Below are positions 28,301 through 56,303 of a stretch of DNA of 64,000 bases, one piece after another. Under the pieces are notes generated by a model. It saw nothing but the letters and a program-made list of their open reading frames with translations, was not told the DNA's origin and searched no databases. A program made the translations under genes and the position numbers. Where the stretch lies: assembly GCA_012295275.1 (NCBI GenBank), contig CM022665.1, forward strand, positions 36,828,001-36,892,000, written 5' to 3'. The number at the start of each line of letters is the position of its first letter. Position 1 is the first letter of the stretch. This DNA is from Chrysomallon squamiferum (taxonomy: Eukaryota; Animalia; Mollusca).

Positions 28301-29600
28301 AAAACGATTATGGTGTATGGTCTTAGTGGAAGACCTGAATTGCAACCTCTTCAGAGGTTATTTTACAATCAACAACAAGAACAGTCTAGCAAGATTCTAA
28401 TGCAGATAAAAAATTTAAAACAATAAAAAGAAGCAAAAAACACACAATTGCAAGAAAGCTCAATGTATTATTGTTTCTTTTTTTCTTTACAATGAAAACT
28501 CAGAAGCCCCTCAAAATGCCTCAAAATGTATAACTTTAGAAGTGGTAATACTGAAAGCACTTAAATGATTTGAAAAATAAGAAATGAATTTAAAAAATAC
28601 AATAAATCAATAAATAATTTTTTTTAAATGTAGAAGAAAAAAATTACTTCAATGAAGTTAATAAAGTCTTCCATTTTCTTTACCTTTCAGGAAGATTTGT
28701 GCAATGTTTACACATTTTCAGTGTTTGTTTTACAAACTTCTTACATACACTGTATACATTTTATTTATTTCATTTTTATATCATCAACCAACAATAAGAA
28801 TTATAATTAATACAGAATATTAATCTAAGCAAAGACTGACAATTACTAGTAATGCAGAATATTAATACAACCGCCAAGAACAAGAATTACCTTTAATAGC
28901 CTATTAAGATAAGAAAAAAGAATTAGAATTACTAGCAACACAGAATATTAATGTAACCAATGAGAATTATATTTAATACAGAATGTTAATATAACCATCA
29001 AGAACAGAATTAATTCCAACACAGAATACAGTCTGGGTGTCTGTGTGATTTTTTGACACCTACAACTTTTCGTACAAAATGTATCATCTTTTCTTCTTTC
29101 TTTCTTTTTCAACACAAGAGATTCCTTCATTCTTACAATAACAACCACTGATATTTTCTTTATACAAAGAAATGAAATAAATGAATAATATTTGTTTTGC
29201 TATTATTATTTTTTCTTCAGGAGAACGTTACTGGTTCATCTCAAAATTCTTGGAATGAACATTGTTGCTATCAAATGTACTGAAACATTCAACATGGAGC
29301 ATACAATTACCAACACTGGCAAAAAGTTAATGGTATATGATCTTTGAGGAAGACCTGAATTGCCACCTCTTCAGAGGTTATTTTACAATGCAACTCCAAG
29401 AACAGTCTAGCAAGATTCTAATGCAGATAAAAAATTTAAGAAACATAAACAGAAGCAAAAAACACACAATTGCAAGAAAGCTAAATGTATTATAATTTTT
29501 TTTTTTTTTTACAATGAAAACTCTTAAGCCCCTCAAAATGCCTGAAAATGTATAGCTTCAGAAGTGGTAATGCTGATAGCACTTAAATGATTTGAAAACT
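16400..29600 (+). repeat. ~1.0 kb monomer core of the array (13 highly similar units, period 976-1021 bp)
   Basis: Acceptor positions from 17147 to 29221 are spaced 976-1021 bp; recurrent MFCYYYFFFRRTLLVHLKILGMNIVAIKCTETFN ORFs in the track. Confidence 0.95.
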
Positions 29601-29699
29601 CATAGAGGAAGACCTGAATTGCCATCTCTTCAGAGGTTATTTTACAATGCAAATATGAAATAGTGTCTAGAAAGTTTGGATGCAGATTATGTATATATT

Positions 29700-30964
29700 T
29701 GTTTTATAATCAAAACTCAGAAACCCCTCAAAATGCCTGAAAATGTATATCTTTAGCAGTGGTAATGGTGTGAATACTTTAACGATTACAAAAATAGAAA
29801 ATGTATTTTAAAAAAAATTAAAATGTAAAACGAATAAATTATCTCAGATAATGTCTTCCATTTTCTTTTACCTTTCAGAAAGATTTTAGTGTTATGTTTA
29901 AATATTTTCAGTGTTTGTTTTACAAAGATTTTACTAGTAATAGCAAATATTAATATAATCAAGAACAAGAATTATATTTAATACAGAATATTAATATAAA
30001 CACCAACAGAAAGACGTTTAGGTGATAAAGAATATTAAAAACCACTGAGAACAAGAATTGCATCTACCAAAGAATATGAATCAACCATGAAGAAGAAATA
30101 CATTTAACAGACTATTAAGATAAGCAAAACAGAACAAGAATTAAAAGCTATACAGAATATTAATACAACCACTAAGAAGAGAGTTAAATCCAACACTGAA
30201 TAGTCTGTCTGTGTATATGTGTGCGTGTGCGTGTGTGTGATTATGTTTAACAGCTATAATTTTTCATACAAAATGTATCAGTTCATTACCTGTTTTCTTT
30301 CCTGTTTAAGATGAGAGATTCCTTCATTCTTATAATTGAAACCACTTATATTTTCTTTGTAAAAACAAATGAAATAAATAAATATTTGTTTTTTATCATT
30401 TTTTTCTTCAGGAAATCGTTACCAGTTAATGTGAAAATTATTCCAATCAATATTGTTGCTACCAAACCTACTGAAATATTCAACATGGAGCATACAATTA
30501 CCAACCCTGACAAAAAAGTTAATGGTATATGATCTTTGAGGAAACCTGAATAGTGACCTTTTTCAGAGGTTATTTTTTTCAAATCATGTGACCACTTAAA
30601 TGGTTTCTTAAAAAAAAAACAATGAATTTAAAAAAAAAAAAAAATAATAATAATTTTTTATAATAATAATAATAATAATAAAGTAAAGGAATCAAATTAA
30701 ATGAATTAATAAAAATTTCCATTTTTTTTTTCAATTTCTAGAAGATTTTTAGTCTTATGTTTATATATTTTCAGTGTTTACATCATGTTTTAAATTCTTA
30801 CTATGAATATTTATTTCATTTTCATATCTCCACATATCTGAGATAGAATTATGAAACATTCAAGGAACATATATTTACATGTCAAGACATTTTACAATTC
30901 ACTTATGAAAAAATTATGAAAATCAATTCAGTATCATTCCATTCCTAAAAGTCTGTTTATTCAA

Positions 30965-31025
<61 letters not shown>

Positions 31026-31577
31026 AATAATAAATAAAAATAATAATAATAATAAATCTAAATGAAACCTCAAAAATCCAATAAAAACTGATTTTTTTAC
31101 AATTTTCAAATCTTTAGACAGCTTTTTACAGATTTTAAACAGAATTATTGTTTTTAATATACATTTCAGACTTCAGAACATCTTTGAAAACACATCTTTT
31201 CAGTAAATTATTTCAGCCGTTTTTAGAGTCTCTTAATAAGACAGGCATCAATTCTTAAAAAAAAATTCAATACTGTTTAGTTGTTTATATTATGTACTTG
31301 TGTTTTGTCATTAATTAAAGTAATAAGAAACATTACCAAAACTGCTTTTTAATGTCTGGTTTGTTTTGTCATTGTTTTTTTGTGGGGTTTTTTGTAACTG
31401 TTTTGTTTGTATTGATCTCTTACTTTATTCAAGGCTTTTGTTTAAATTGAGAATTTCTGACTAAAATAATACAGAAGGTTAATGTAACCAGCAAGATGGA
31501 GAATTACATATAACAGAGAGAGTTAATGTAAGTATAAAGAACAAGAACTATATTTAATACAGAATATTAAGCAAAGC

Positions 31578-31611
<34 letters not shown>

Positions 31612-33351
31612 TTTACTAGTAATAGCAAATATTGATATAACGAAGAACAAAAATGATATTTAATACAGAATATTAATATAACAACCAATAACAAGAAGTT
31701 TATGTAATCAAGACTATTAAAAACCTCACAGAACAAGAATTACAAGAGCTAGAGAATATTAATATAACCTCCAAGAACAAGAATTGCTTTTAATAGATTA
31801 TTAAGATAAACAAAAAAGAACTAGAATTACCAGCAACACAAAATATTAATACAACTGCTAAGAAGAACTATATTTAATACAGATTAATATAACCATCAAG
31901 AAGAGAATTAAATCCAACACAGAATACTGTCTGTGTGTGTCTGTGTGTGATGATGTTTGACACGTACGTTTCGTACAAAATGTATCAATTCATCATCTTA
32001 TTTCTTTCTTTCTTTTTCAACACAAGAGATTCCTTCATTCTTACAATCACAACCACTGATATTTTCTTTATACAAACAAATGAAATAAATATAAAATATT
32101 TGTTTTGCTATTATTATTTATTCTTCAGGAGAAAGTTACTGGTTCATCTCAAAATTCTTGGAATGAACATTGTTGCTATCAAAATGTACTGAAAACATTC
32201 AACATGAAGCATACTATTACAAACACTGTCAAAAGGTAATGGTGTATGGTCTTAGAGAGAAAGAACTGAATTCCCACCTCTTCATAGGTTATTTTACAAT
32301 GCAAATATGAAAAAAAAGTGTCTAGAAAGATTTTGATGCGCAGATTATCAGAAAGAAAAAAAAAAAAAAAAAAAAAACAGTGCAGATTGAACAAATTTTT
32401 AGATATATATATATATATATTATATTTTTTTTTACAATCAAAACTCAGAAACCCCTCAAAATGCCTGAAAATGTATAGCTTTTAGAAGTGGTAATTGTAT
32501 GAATACTTTAATGATTACTAAAAGATAAAAATGTATTTAAAAAAAAAAAAAAATGTAAAATGAATAAATTACCTCAGATAATAATGTCTTCCATTTTCTT
32601 TTACCTTTCAGAAAGATTTTAGTGTTATGTTTAAATATTTTCAGTGTTTCTTTTACAAAGATTTTACTAGTAATAGCAAATATTAATATAACCAAGAACA
32701 AGAATTATATTTAATACAGAATATTAATATAAACACCAATAGAAAGACGTTTAGGTGATAAAAAATATTGAAAACCACCGAGAACAACAATTACAACTAC
32801 CAAAGAATATTAATCAACCATGAAGAAGAATTACATTTAATCGACTATTATGATAAGCAAAACAGAACCAGAATTACCAGCAATACAGAATATTAATACA
32901 ACCACTAAGAAGAGTTAAGTCCAACACTGATTAATCTTTCTGTGTACGTGTGCGTGTGTGTGTGTGATTGTTTGACAACTATAACTTTTCATACAAAATG
33001 TATCAATTCATTATCTTTTTTCTTTCTTTCTTTTTGAAGATGAGAGATTCGTTCATTCTTATAATTGAAACCATTTATATTTTCTTTATAAAAACAAATG
33101 AAATAAATATTTGTTTTGTATTATTGTTTTCTTCAGGAAATAGTTACCAGTTATGTGAAAATTCTTACAGTCAATATTGTTGCTACCAAACCTACTGAAA
33201 TATTCAACATGGAGCATACAATTACCAACCCTGACAAAAAGTTAATGGTATATGATCTTAGAGGAAGACCTGAATAGTGACCTGTTCAGAGGTTATTTTA
33301 CAATCATGTGACCACTTAAATGGTTTGAAAAAAAATGAATTAAAAAAAAAA

Positions 33352-33399
<48 letters not shown>

Positions 33400-33663
33400 G
33401 TAGAAGGAATCAATTACTTGAGTTATTAAAGTCTTCCATTTTCTTTTACCTTTCTAGAAGATTTTAGTGTTATGTTTATATATTTTCAGTGTTTACTTTA
33501 CGAAATTCTTACTCTATATATTATATTTATTTCATTTTCATATCTCCACATATCTGAGATAAGAAACGTATATTTACATGTCAAGACATTTTACAATTCA
33601 CTTATGAAAAAATTATGAAAATCAATTCAGTATCATTCCATTCCTAAAAGTCTGTTTATTCAA

Positions 33664-33738
<75 letters not shown>

Positions 33739-36086
33739 AATAGTAATATAAATAAATAAATAATAATAATAATAAATCTAAATGAAACCTCAAAAATCCA
33801 ATAAAAACTGATTTTGCAAATTTTCAAATCTTTAGACAGCTTTTTACAGATTTTAAACAGAATTATTGTTTTTAATATACATTTCAGACTTCAGAACATC
33901 TTTGAAAACACATCTTTTCAGTAAATTATTTCAGCCGTTTTTAGAGTCTCTTAATAAGACAGGCATCAATTCTTAAAAAAAAATTCAATACTGTTTAGTT
34001 GTTTATATTATGTACTTGTGTTTTGTCATTAATTAAAGTAATAAGAAACGACATTACCAACAACTGCTGGCTTTAATTCTGGTTTGTTTTGTCATTGTAT
34101 TTTTGTGGGGTTTTTTGTAACTGTTTTGTTTGTATTGATCTCTTACTTTATTCAAGGCTTTTGTTTAAATTGAGAATTTCTGACTAAAATAATACAGAAG
34201 GTTAATGTAACCAGCAAGATGGAGAATTACATATAACAGAGAGAGTTAATGTAAGTATAAAGAACAAGAACTATATTTAATACAGAATATTAAGCAAAGC
34301 CAAAAAAAAAGAAAAAAAAAAAGAAAAAAAGATTTACTAGTAATAGCAAATATTGATATAACGAAGAACAAAAATGATATTTAATACAGAATATTAATAT
34401 AACAACCAATAACAAGAAGTTTATGTAATCAAGACTATTAAAAACCTCACAGAACAAGAATTACAAGAGCTAGAGAATATTAATATAACCTCCAAGAACA
34501 AGAATTGCTTTTAATAGATTATTAAGATAAACAAAAAAGAACTAGAATTACCAGCAACACAAAATATTAATACAACTGCTAAGAAGAACTATATTTAATA
34601 CAGATTAATATAACCATCAAGAAGAGAATTAAATCCAACACAGAATACTGTCTGTGTGTGTCTGTGTGTGATGATGTTTGACACGTACGTTTCGTACAAA
34701 ATGTATCAATTCATCATCTTATTTCTTTCTTTCTTTTTCAACACAAGAGATTCCTTCATTCTTACAATCACAACCACTGATATTTTCTTTATACAAACAA
34801 ATGAAATAAATATAAAATATTTGTTTTGCTATTATTATTTATTCTTCAGGAGAAAGTTACTGGTTCATCTCAAAATTCTTGGAATGAACATTGTTGCTAT
34901 GAAATGTACTGAAACATTCAACACGGAGCATACTATTACAAACACTGTCAAAAAGGTAATGGTGTATCGTCTTAGACGAATACCCGAATTGCCACCTCTT
35001 CATAGGTCATTTTACAATGCAAATATGAAAAAAAGTGTCTAGAAAGATTTTGATGCAGATTATCAGAAAGAAAAAAAAAAAGGAAAAAAAAAAAACAGTC
35101 GCTACAAAGCTGAACAAATTTTTAGATATATATATATATATATATATATATTGTTTTACAATCAAAACTCAGAAACCCCTCAAAATGCCTGAAAATGTAT
35201 AGCTTTGGAAGTGGTAATTGTATGAATACTCTAATGATTACTAAAAGAGAAAATGTATTTAAAAAAAAAAAAATGTAAAATGAATAAATTACCTCAGATA
35301 ATAATGTCTTCCATTTTCTTTTACCTTTCAGAAAGATTTTAGTGTTATGTTTAAATATTTTCAGTGTTTCTTTTACAAAGATTTTACTAGTAATAGCAAA
35401 TATTAATATAACCAAGAACAAGAATTATATTTAATACAGAATATTAATATAAACACCAATAGAAAGACGTTTAGGTGATAAAAAATATTGAAAACCACCG
35501 AGAACAACAATTACAACTACCAAAGAATATTAATCAACCATGAAGAAGAATTACATTTAATCGACTATTATGATAAGCAAAACAGAACCAGAATTACCAG
35601 CAATACAGAATATTAATACAACCACTAAGAAGAGTTAAGTCCAACACTGATTAATCTTTCTGTGTAATGCGTGTGTGTGTGTGTGTGTGTGATTGTTTGA
35701 CAACTATAACTTTTCATACAAAATGTATCAATTCATTATCTTTTTTTTTCTTTCTTTTTTTTGAAGATGAGAGATTAGTTCATTCTTATAATTGAAACCA
35801 TTTATATTTTCTTTATAAAAAACAAATGAAATAAATATTTGTTTTGTATTATTGTTTTCTTCAGGAAATAGTTACCAGTTATGTGAAAATTCTTACAGTC
35901 AATATTGTTGCTACCAAACCTACTGAAATATTCAACATGGAGCATACAATTACCAACCCTGACAAAAAAAGTTAATGGTATATGATCTTAGAGGAAGACC
36001 TGAATAGTGACCTGTTCAGAGGTTATTTTACAATCATGTGACCACTTAAATGGTTTGAAAAAAAAAAAATGAATTAAAAAAAAAAA

Positions 36087-36131
<45 letters not shown>

Positions 36132-36395
36132 GTAGAAGGAATCAATTACTTGAGTTATTAAAGTCTTCCATTTTCTTTTACCTTTCTAGAAGATTTTAGT
36201 GTTATGTTTATATATTTTCAGTGTTTACTTTACGAAATTCTTACTCTATATATTATATTTATTTCATTTTCATATCTCCACATATCTGAGATAAGAAACG
36301 TATATTTACATGTCAAGACATTTTACAATTCACTTATGAAAAAATTATGAAAATCAATTCAGTATCATTCCATTCCTAAAAGTCTGTTTATTCAA

Positions 36396-36435
<40 letters not shown>

Positions 36436-36437
36436 TA

Positions 36438-36468
<31 letters not shown>

Positions 36469-37425
36469 AATAGTAATATAAATAAATAAATAATAATAAT
36501 AATAAATCTAAATGAAACCTCAAAAATCCAATAAAAACTGATTTTGCAAATTTTCAAATCTTTAAACAGCTTTTTACAGATTTTAAACAGAATTATTGTT
36601 TTTAATATACATTTCAGACTTCAGAACATCTTTGAAAACACATCTTTTCAGTAAATTATTTCAGCCGTTTTTAGAGTCTCTTAATAAGACAGGCATCAAT
36701 TCTTAAAAAAAAAATTCAATACTGTTTAGTTGTTTTATTATGTACTTCTGTTTTGTCATTAATTAAAGTAATAAGAAACGACATTACCAACAACTGCTGG
36801 CTTTAATTCTGGTTTTTTTTTGTTGTTTTTTTTGTGGGGGTTTTTGTAACTGTTTTGTTTGTATTGATCTCTTACTTTATTCAAGGCGTTTGTTGAAATT
36901 GAGAATTTCTGACAAAAAAAATACAGAAGGTTAATGTAACCAGGAAGATGGAGAATTACATATAACAGAGAGAGTTAATGTAAGTATAAAGAACAAGAAT
37001 TATATTTAATACAGAATATTCAAACAAAGCCAAAAAAAAGGAAAAAAAAAGAAAAAAAGATTTACTAGTAATAGCAAATATTGATACAACCAAGAACAAT
37101 TATATTTAATACAGAATATTAATATAACAACCAATAGCAAGAAGTTTATTTAATCAAGACTATTAAAAACCTCACAGAACAAGAATTACAAGAGCTAGAG
37201 AATATTAATATAACCTCCAAGAACAAGAATTGCTTTTAATAGATTATTAAGATAAACAAAAAAGAACAAGAATTACCAGCAACACAAAATATTAATATAA
37301 CTTCTAAGAAGAATTATATTTAATACAGAATTTTAATATAACCATGAAGAAGAGAATTCAATCCAACATAGAATAGTCTGTGTATGTGTATGTGTGTGTG
37401 TATGTATATGTGTGTATGTGTCTGG

Positions 37426-37461
<36 letters not shown>

Positions 37462-37600
37462 ATGTCTGATACCTACGTTTCTTTCTGTTTGAAGACAAGA
37501 GATTCCTTCATTCTTGCTACCACTGATATCTTCTTTACACAAACAAATGAAATAAATAAATAGTATTTGTTTTGCTATTATTTTTTTTCTTCAGGAAACA
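29700..37600 (+). repeat. ~2.72 kb higher-order repeat (about 3 copies; one ~1.0 kb plus one ~1.7 kb monomer)
   Basis: Offsets 30412/33137/35865 and 32129/34850/37595. The long monomer retains the extended 3'-flank segment seen at ~8200-8760. Confidence 0.9.
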
Positions 37601-39828
37601 TTACCGACTGATCTCAAGTTATGGGAATTACTAGCAACACCGAATATTAATATAACCAATAAGAAGAATTATTTAATACAGATTAATATAACCATCAAGA
37701 ACAGAATTAATTCCAACACAGAATACAGTCTGGGTGTCTGTGTGATTTTTTGACACCTACAACTTTTCGTACAAAATGTATCTTATTTCTTTCTTTCTTT
37801 TTCAACATAAGAGATTCCTTCATTCTTACAATAAAAACCACTGATATTTTCTTTATACAAAGAAATGAAATAAATGAATAATATTTGTTTTGCTATTATT
37901 ATTTTTTTCTTCAGGAGAAAGTTACTGGTTCATCTCAAAATTCTTGGAATGAACATTTTCTTTTACCTTTCAGAAAGATTTCAGTGTTATGTTTACCTAT
38001 TTTTAGTGTTTGTTTTACAAAATTCTTAATATACTGTATATATTTTATTTATTTCATTTTTATTTGACCACATATTTGAGATAACGAACATAAATTTACA
38101 TGTCAAGAAATTAAACAATTCCTTTATAAACAAATTATGAAAATCAATTCAGCATCAGTCCATTCCTAAATGTCTGTTTATTTAAATTAAAAAAATAAAT
38201 AAATAAATAAATAAACAATAAATAAATAGATAATAATAAAACAAACCAAAAAAACACCCATAAAATCTAATTTCTTCAATTTTAAAATCTGAAAATACCT
38301 TTTAGCAGATCTTAAGCAGAATTATTAATGATGTTTTTAAGATGTCATTTTAACTTTAGAACGCCTTTGAAAAAATCATCTTTTCGCTAAATTATTTGAG
38401 ACGTTTTTCTGGTGTCCTAACACACTTCCATCAACTTTTAAAACAAATTCAATACTGTTTAGTTGTTTAAATTATGTCCTTGTGTTTTGTCATTGATTAA
38501 AGTTATAAGACACTACATTACCAACTACTACTGGCTTTAATTCTGTTTTTTTGTTGTTTTTTTGTTTGTGTGTGGGGTTTTTTGTTGTTTTTTTGTTGTT
38601 TTTTTGTTTTGTTTTTTAATTATTTAGTTTCTATTAACAAAGCTTTTGTTGAAATTGAGAATTTCTGAGAAAAAAAACAAAAAAAAATACAGAATGTTAA
38701 TTAACCAGCAAGAGGGAGAATTACATATAATACAGACAGTTAATGTAAGTATGAAGAACAAGAATTATATTTAATATAGAATATTAAGCTAAGCAAAAAG
38801 AAAGAGATTCACTAGTAATAGCAAATATTAACCAACAACAAGAATTATATTCAATACAGAATATTAAGCTAAGCAAAAAGAAAAACATTTAATAGAGAAT
38901 AACGTAACCAAGAACAAAAATTATTTTTAATACAGAATATTAATATATCCACCAATAGCAAGAGGTTTATGTAATAAAGAATATAAAAAACCTCCATGAA
39001 CAAGAATTACAAATGCTAGAGAATATTGATATAACCACAAAGAACAAGAATTAAATTTAACAGACCATTAAGATAAGCAAAAAAGAATAAGAATTACTAG
39101 CAACATAGAATATTAATATAATCACCAAGAAGAGAATTAAATCCAACACAGATTACTGTTTCTGTGCCTGTGTATGTGTGCCTTTGTGTGTAATTATGTT
39201 TCACATTTACAACTTTTTCATACAAAATGTACCAATTTATTGTTATGTTCATTCTTTCTTTCTTTTTGAAGATGAGAGATTCCTTCATTCTTACAATCAC
39301 AACCAGATATTTTCTTTATAAAAACAAATGAAATAAATAAATAATATTTGTTTTGCTTTTATTCTTTTTCTTCAGGAAAAAGTTACCAGTTAATGTGAAA
39401 ATTCTTACAATCAATATTGTTCCTATCAAACTACTCAAACATACAACATGAAGCATACAATTACCAACAATGGCAATGGTGTATGATCTTAGAGGAAAAC
39501 CTTAATTGCAACCTGTTCAGACATTAGTTTATACTGCAACTCCAAGAACAATCTAGAAAGATTCTTCTACAAATAAAAAAAATAAAAAACAAAAAGAAGC
39601 AAAACAACCCTCAACCACGACAAAGCTGAACATGTTATTGTTCTGGGATTTTTTACATGGAAAAATAGGAAACCCCTCAAAATGCCTCAAAATGTATAGC
39701 TTTAGAAGTGGTAATCATGTAAGCACTTAAATGATTTCAAAAATAGGAAATGAATTTGAAAAAAAAACAAAAAAAAAGCAAATGAAATAAATAAATAAAA
39801 TTTATTTTGCTATTATTTTTTTCTTCAG

Positions 39829-40113
39829 GAAAAATTTACCAGTTAATCTCAAAATTATGGGAATGAACACAGTTAATCTCAAACCTATTGAAACATTCAG
39901 CATAAAGCAATTACCAATACCAGCAAAAAGTTAATAGTGTATGATCTTAGAGGAAGACCTGAATAGCGACCTCTTCAGATGTTATTTTACAATGCAATTC
40001 AAGAAATTGTCTTGGTGGTGGAAATTATCAATAGAAGACGTAAGGATGATCTGAACACATCACTAAGAGTAGCTAAACTGACCAATGTCCCTGTCTTGGT
40101 AGTGGCCAACAGA
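39829..40113 (+). pseudogene. Terminal, nearly full-length pseudo-exon copy of ARF-like exon 2
   Basis: The only copy retaining the 3' half of exon 2 (QEIVLVVE...KDDLNTSLRVAKLTNVPVLVVANR vs parent QGIVFVVD...KNDLNQLLGAVKLTSVPILVVANR). Has stops and frameshifts; donor site lost. Confidence 0.88.
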
Positions 40114-40789
40114 ATAGAAAAATGAATAACTGATAAAGTAAAAAAAAAAAAAGATGAATTAAGACAAAAGAAAATGAATGAATGAAAAACAGCACCGAAA
40201 TGAACTTCAAATTAATCATAATTATTTTTTAAATCTAAACCAATTAAATAATGATTATTAATTGGTAAATTGCTATGCCACAAGTCTTTTCAGTAATCAC
40301 ATATGATTTCTATTTTATTTACACTTTCCCATAAACAGAAAGGTTTTCAATAAATAGTGCTTTTTATAAACCTGCTGATTGAGCTGTATCTGCAATAGGA
40401 AATATCCTGTTACCACTGTGATGGATTGATCTTCTGGCCAATCCTTCATCAGACAAATATTTCTAACCACAAAGTCATAACTAATGACAAAAACACAGGT
40501 GCAACTAAACATGCAAGTTTAACAACAAAAGAAAAATAATTTAGAAATCAACTTGGTTTAAATATGATTTTGTCAATTAATTTAATACCAATTAAAATAA
40601 TTTTTGTTGAAGGTTCCTGACACACAATATTAATATGTTTATTACCAGTACTGATATCAAACTGGACAGTATCCTAGTAACAATTTCTATCTCATCATAA
40701 CAAAATGCACTTGCGTTTCACAAATGTGAATACTGGCTTGATATTAATGAATCTTACACCACATAATTATTATAGTCAGTACTTTTTAT

Positions 40790-40828
<39 letters not shown>

Positions 40829-41349
40829 GCCCCCAAAAAATAAACTAAAATTGATTAAAAAATTGTAAAAGATCATTTATTAATAGAACTTGATAAAAAT
40901 ATGGGTTGCTTTCATGTACGTAATTTATCTGTGGAAAAGTGCAGCTGTTGCTGTTTGCCAGTTTGAATGTCAGTTCCTACCTCTAATCCAAAAAAAGAAT
41001 AGTAATTGGTTTTTCCTTTTTAACCTTTATTTTTCATAGATAATTTTTAATTTTTTAACTTTTTCATAACTTTTAATTTTTCTTTTGTACCATATTTTTC
41101 AATATTTTGAATTTGCAAATACTATACAGAATAAAGTGATTTTAATTTGCTTAAAATATTCTTTGTTTTTACTTTTAACCTCTTTTTACTCACATAAATA
41201 AAATATTGATTTCACTCCAGCTCCTCACATTATCTTCCTCTATCCTTCACTTAATAACCTTATAGCATTACTTTCAATAAATACAGGTCTATCTCTCATG
41301 TACATATATGTTTGTATCTTCTCAAAACAAATCAAACTTCATTTGTATT

Positions 41350-56303
<14,954 letters not shown>

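Larger units (their letters stand above)
7940..40115 (+). repeat. Gene-derived tandem array (macrosatellite): 29 degenerate copies of ARF-like intron-1 end/exon-2, each fused to 3'-flank sequence and minisatellite
   Basis: First exon-like base after the (t)tcag acceptor at 9354, 10795, 11536, 12971, 13714, 15367, 16140, 17147, 18123, 19142, 20159, 21138, 22132, 23153, 24157, 25175, 26161, 27181, 28201, 29221, 30412, 32129, 33137, 34850, 35865, 37595, 37915, 39376, 39829, plus a partial at ~29604. Most carry ACTGAAACATTCAACATGGAGCAT...GGAAGACCTGAATT...CAGAGGTTATTTTACAATGCAACT matching 6195-6311. Confidence 0.95.

Noticed and set aside
18094-28426. 72-84 aa ORFs starting MFCYYYFFFRR as full genes
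   Set aside because: The start is a TTG inside the intron-derived polypyrimidine tract; these are pseudo-exon read-throughs.
16874-29148. Recurrent minus-strand 66-aa ORF (MVVIVRMKESLVLKKK...) as a tandem peptide gene family
   Set aside because: It is the antisense of the duplicated intron end and minisatellite, mostly with non-ATG starts, is broken in several units, and recurs simply because the DNA is repeated.
16400-29600. CRISPR-like or Dscam-like variable cassette array
   Set aside because: Whole ~1 kb units are homologous with no unique spacers, the context is eukaryotic, and copies are frameshifted relative to exon 1 and lack the exon-2 donor.
40414-40480. Minus-strand exon-like segment (ag|...|gt) downstream of MCM8, or a C/D snoRNA
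   Set aside because: MCM8 is already complete, the peptide is unrecognisable, the C box is imperfect and no D box was found.
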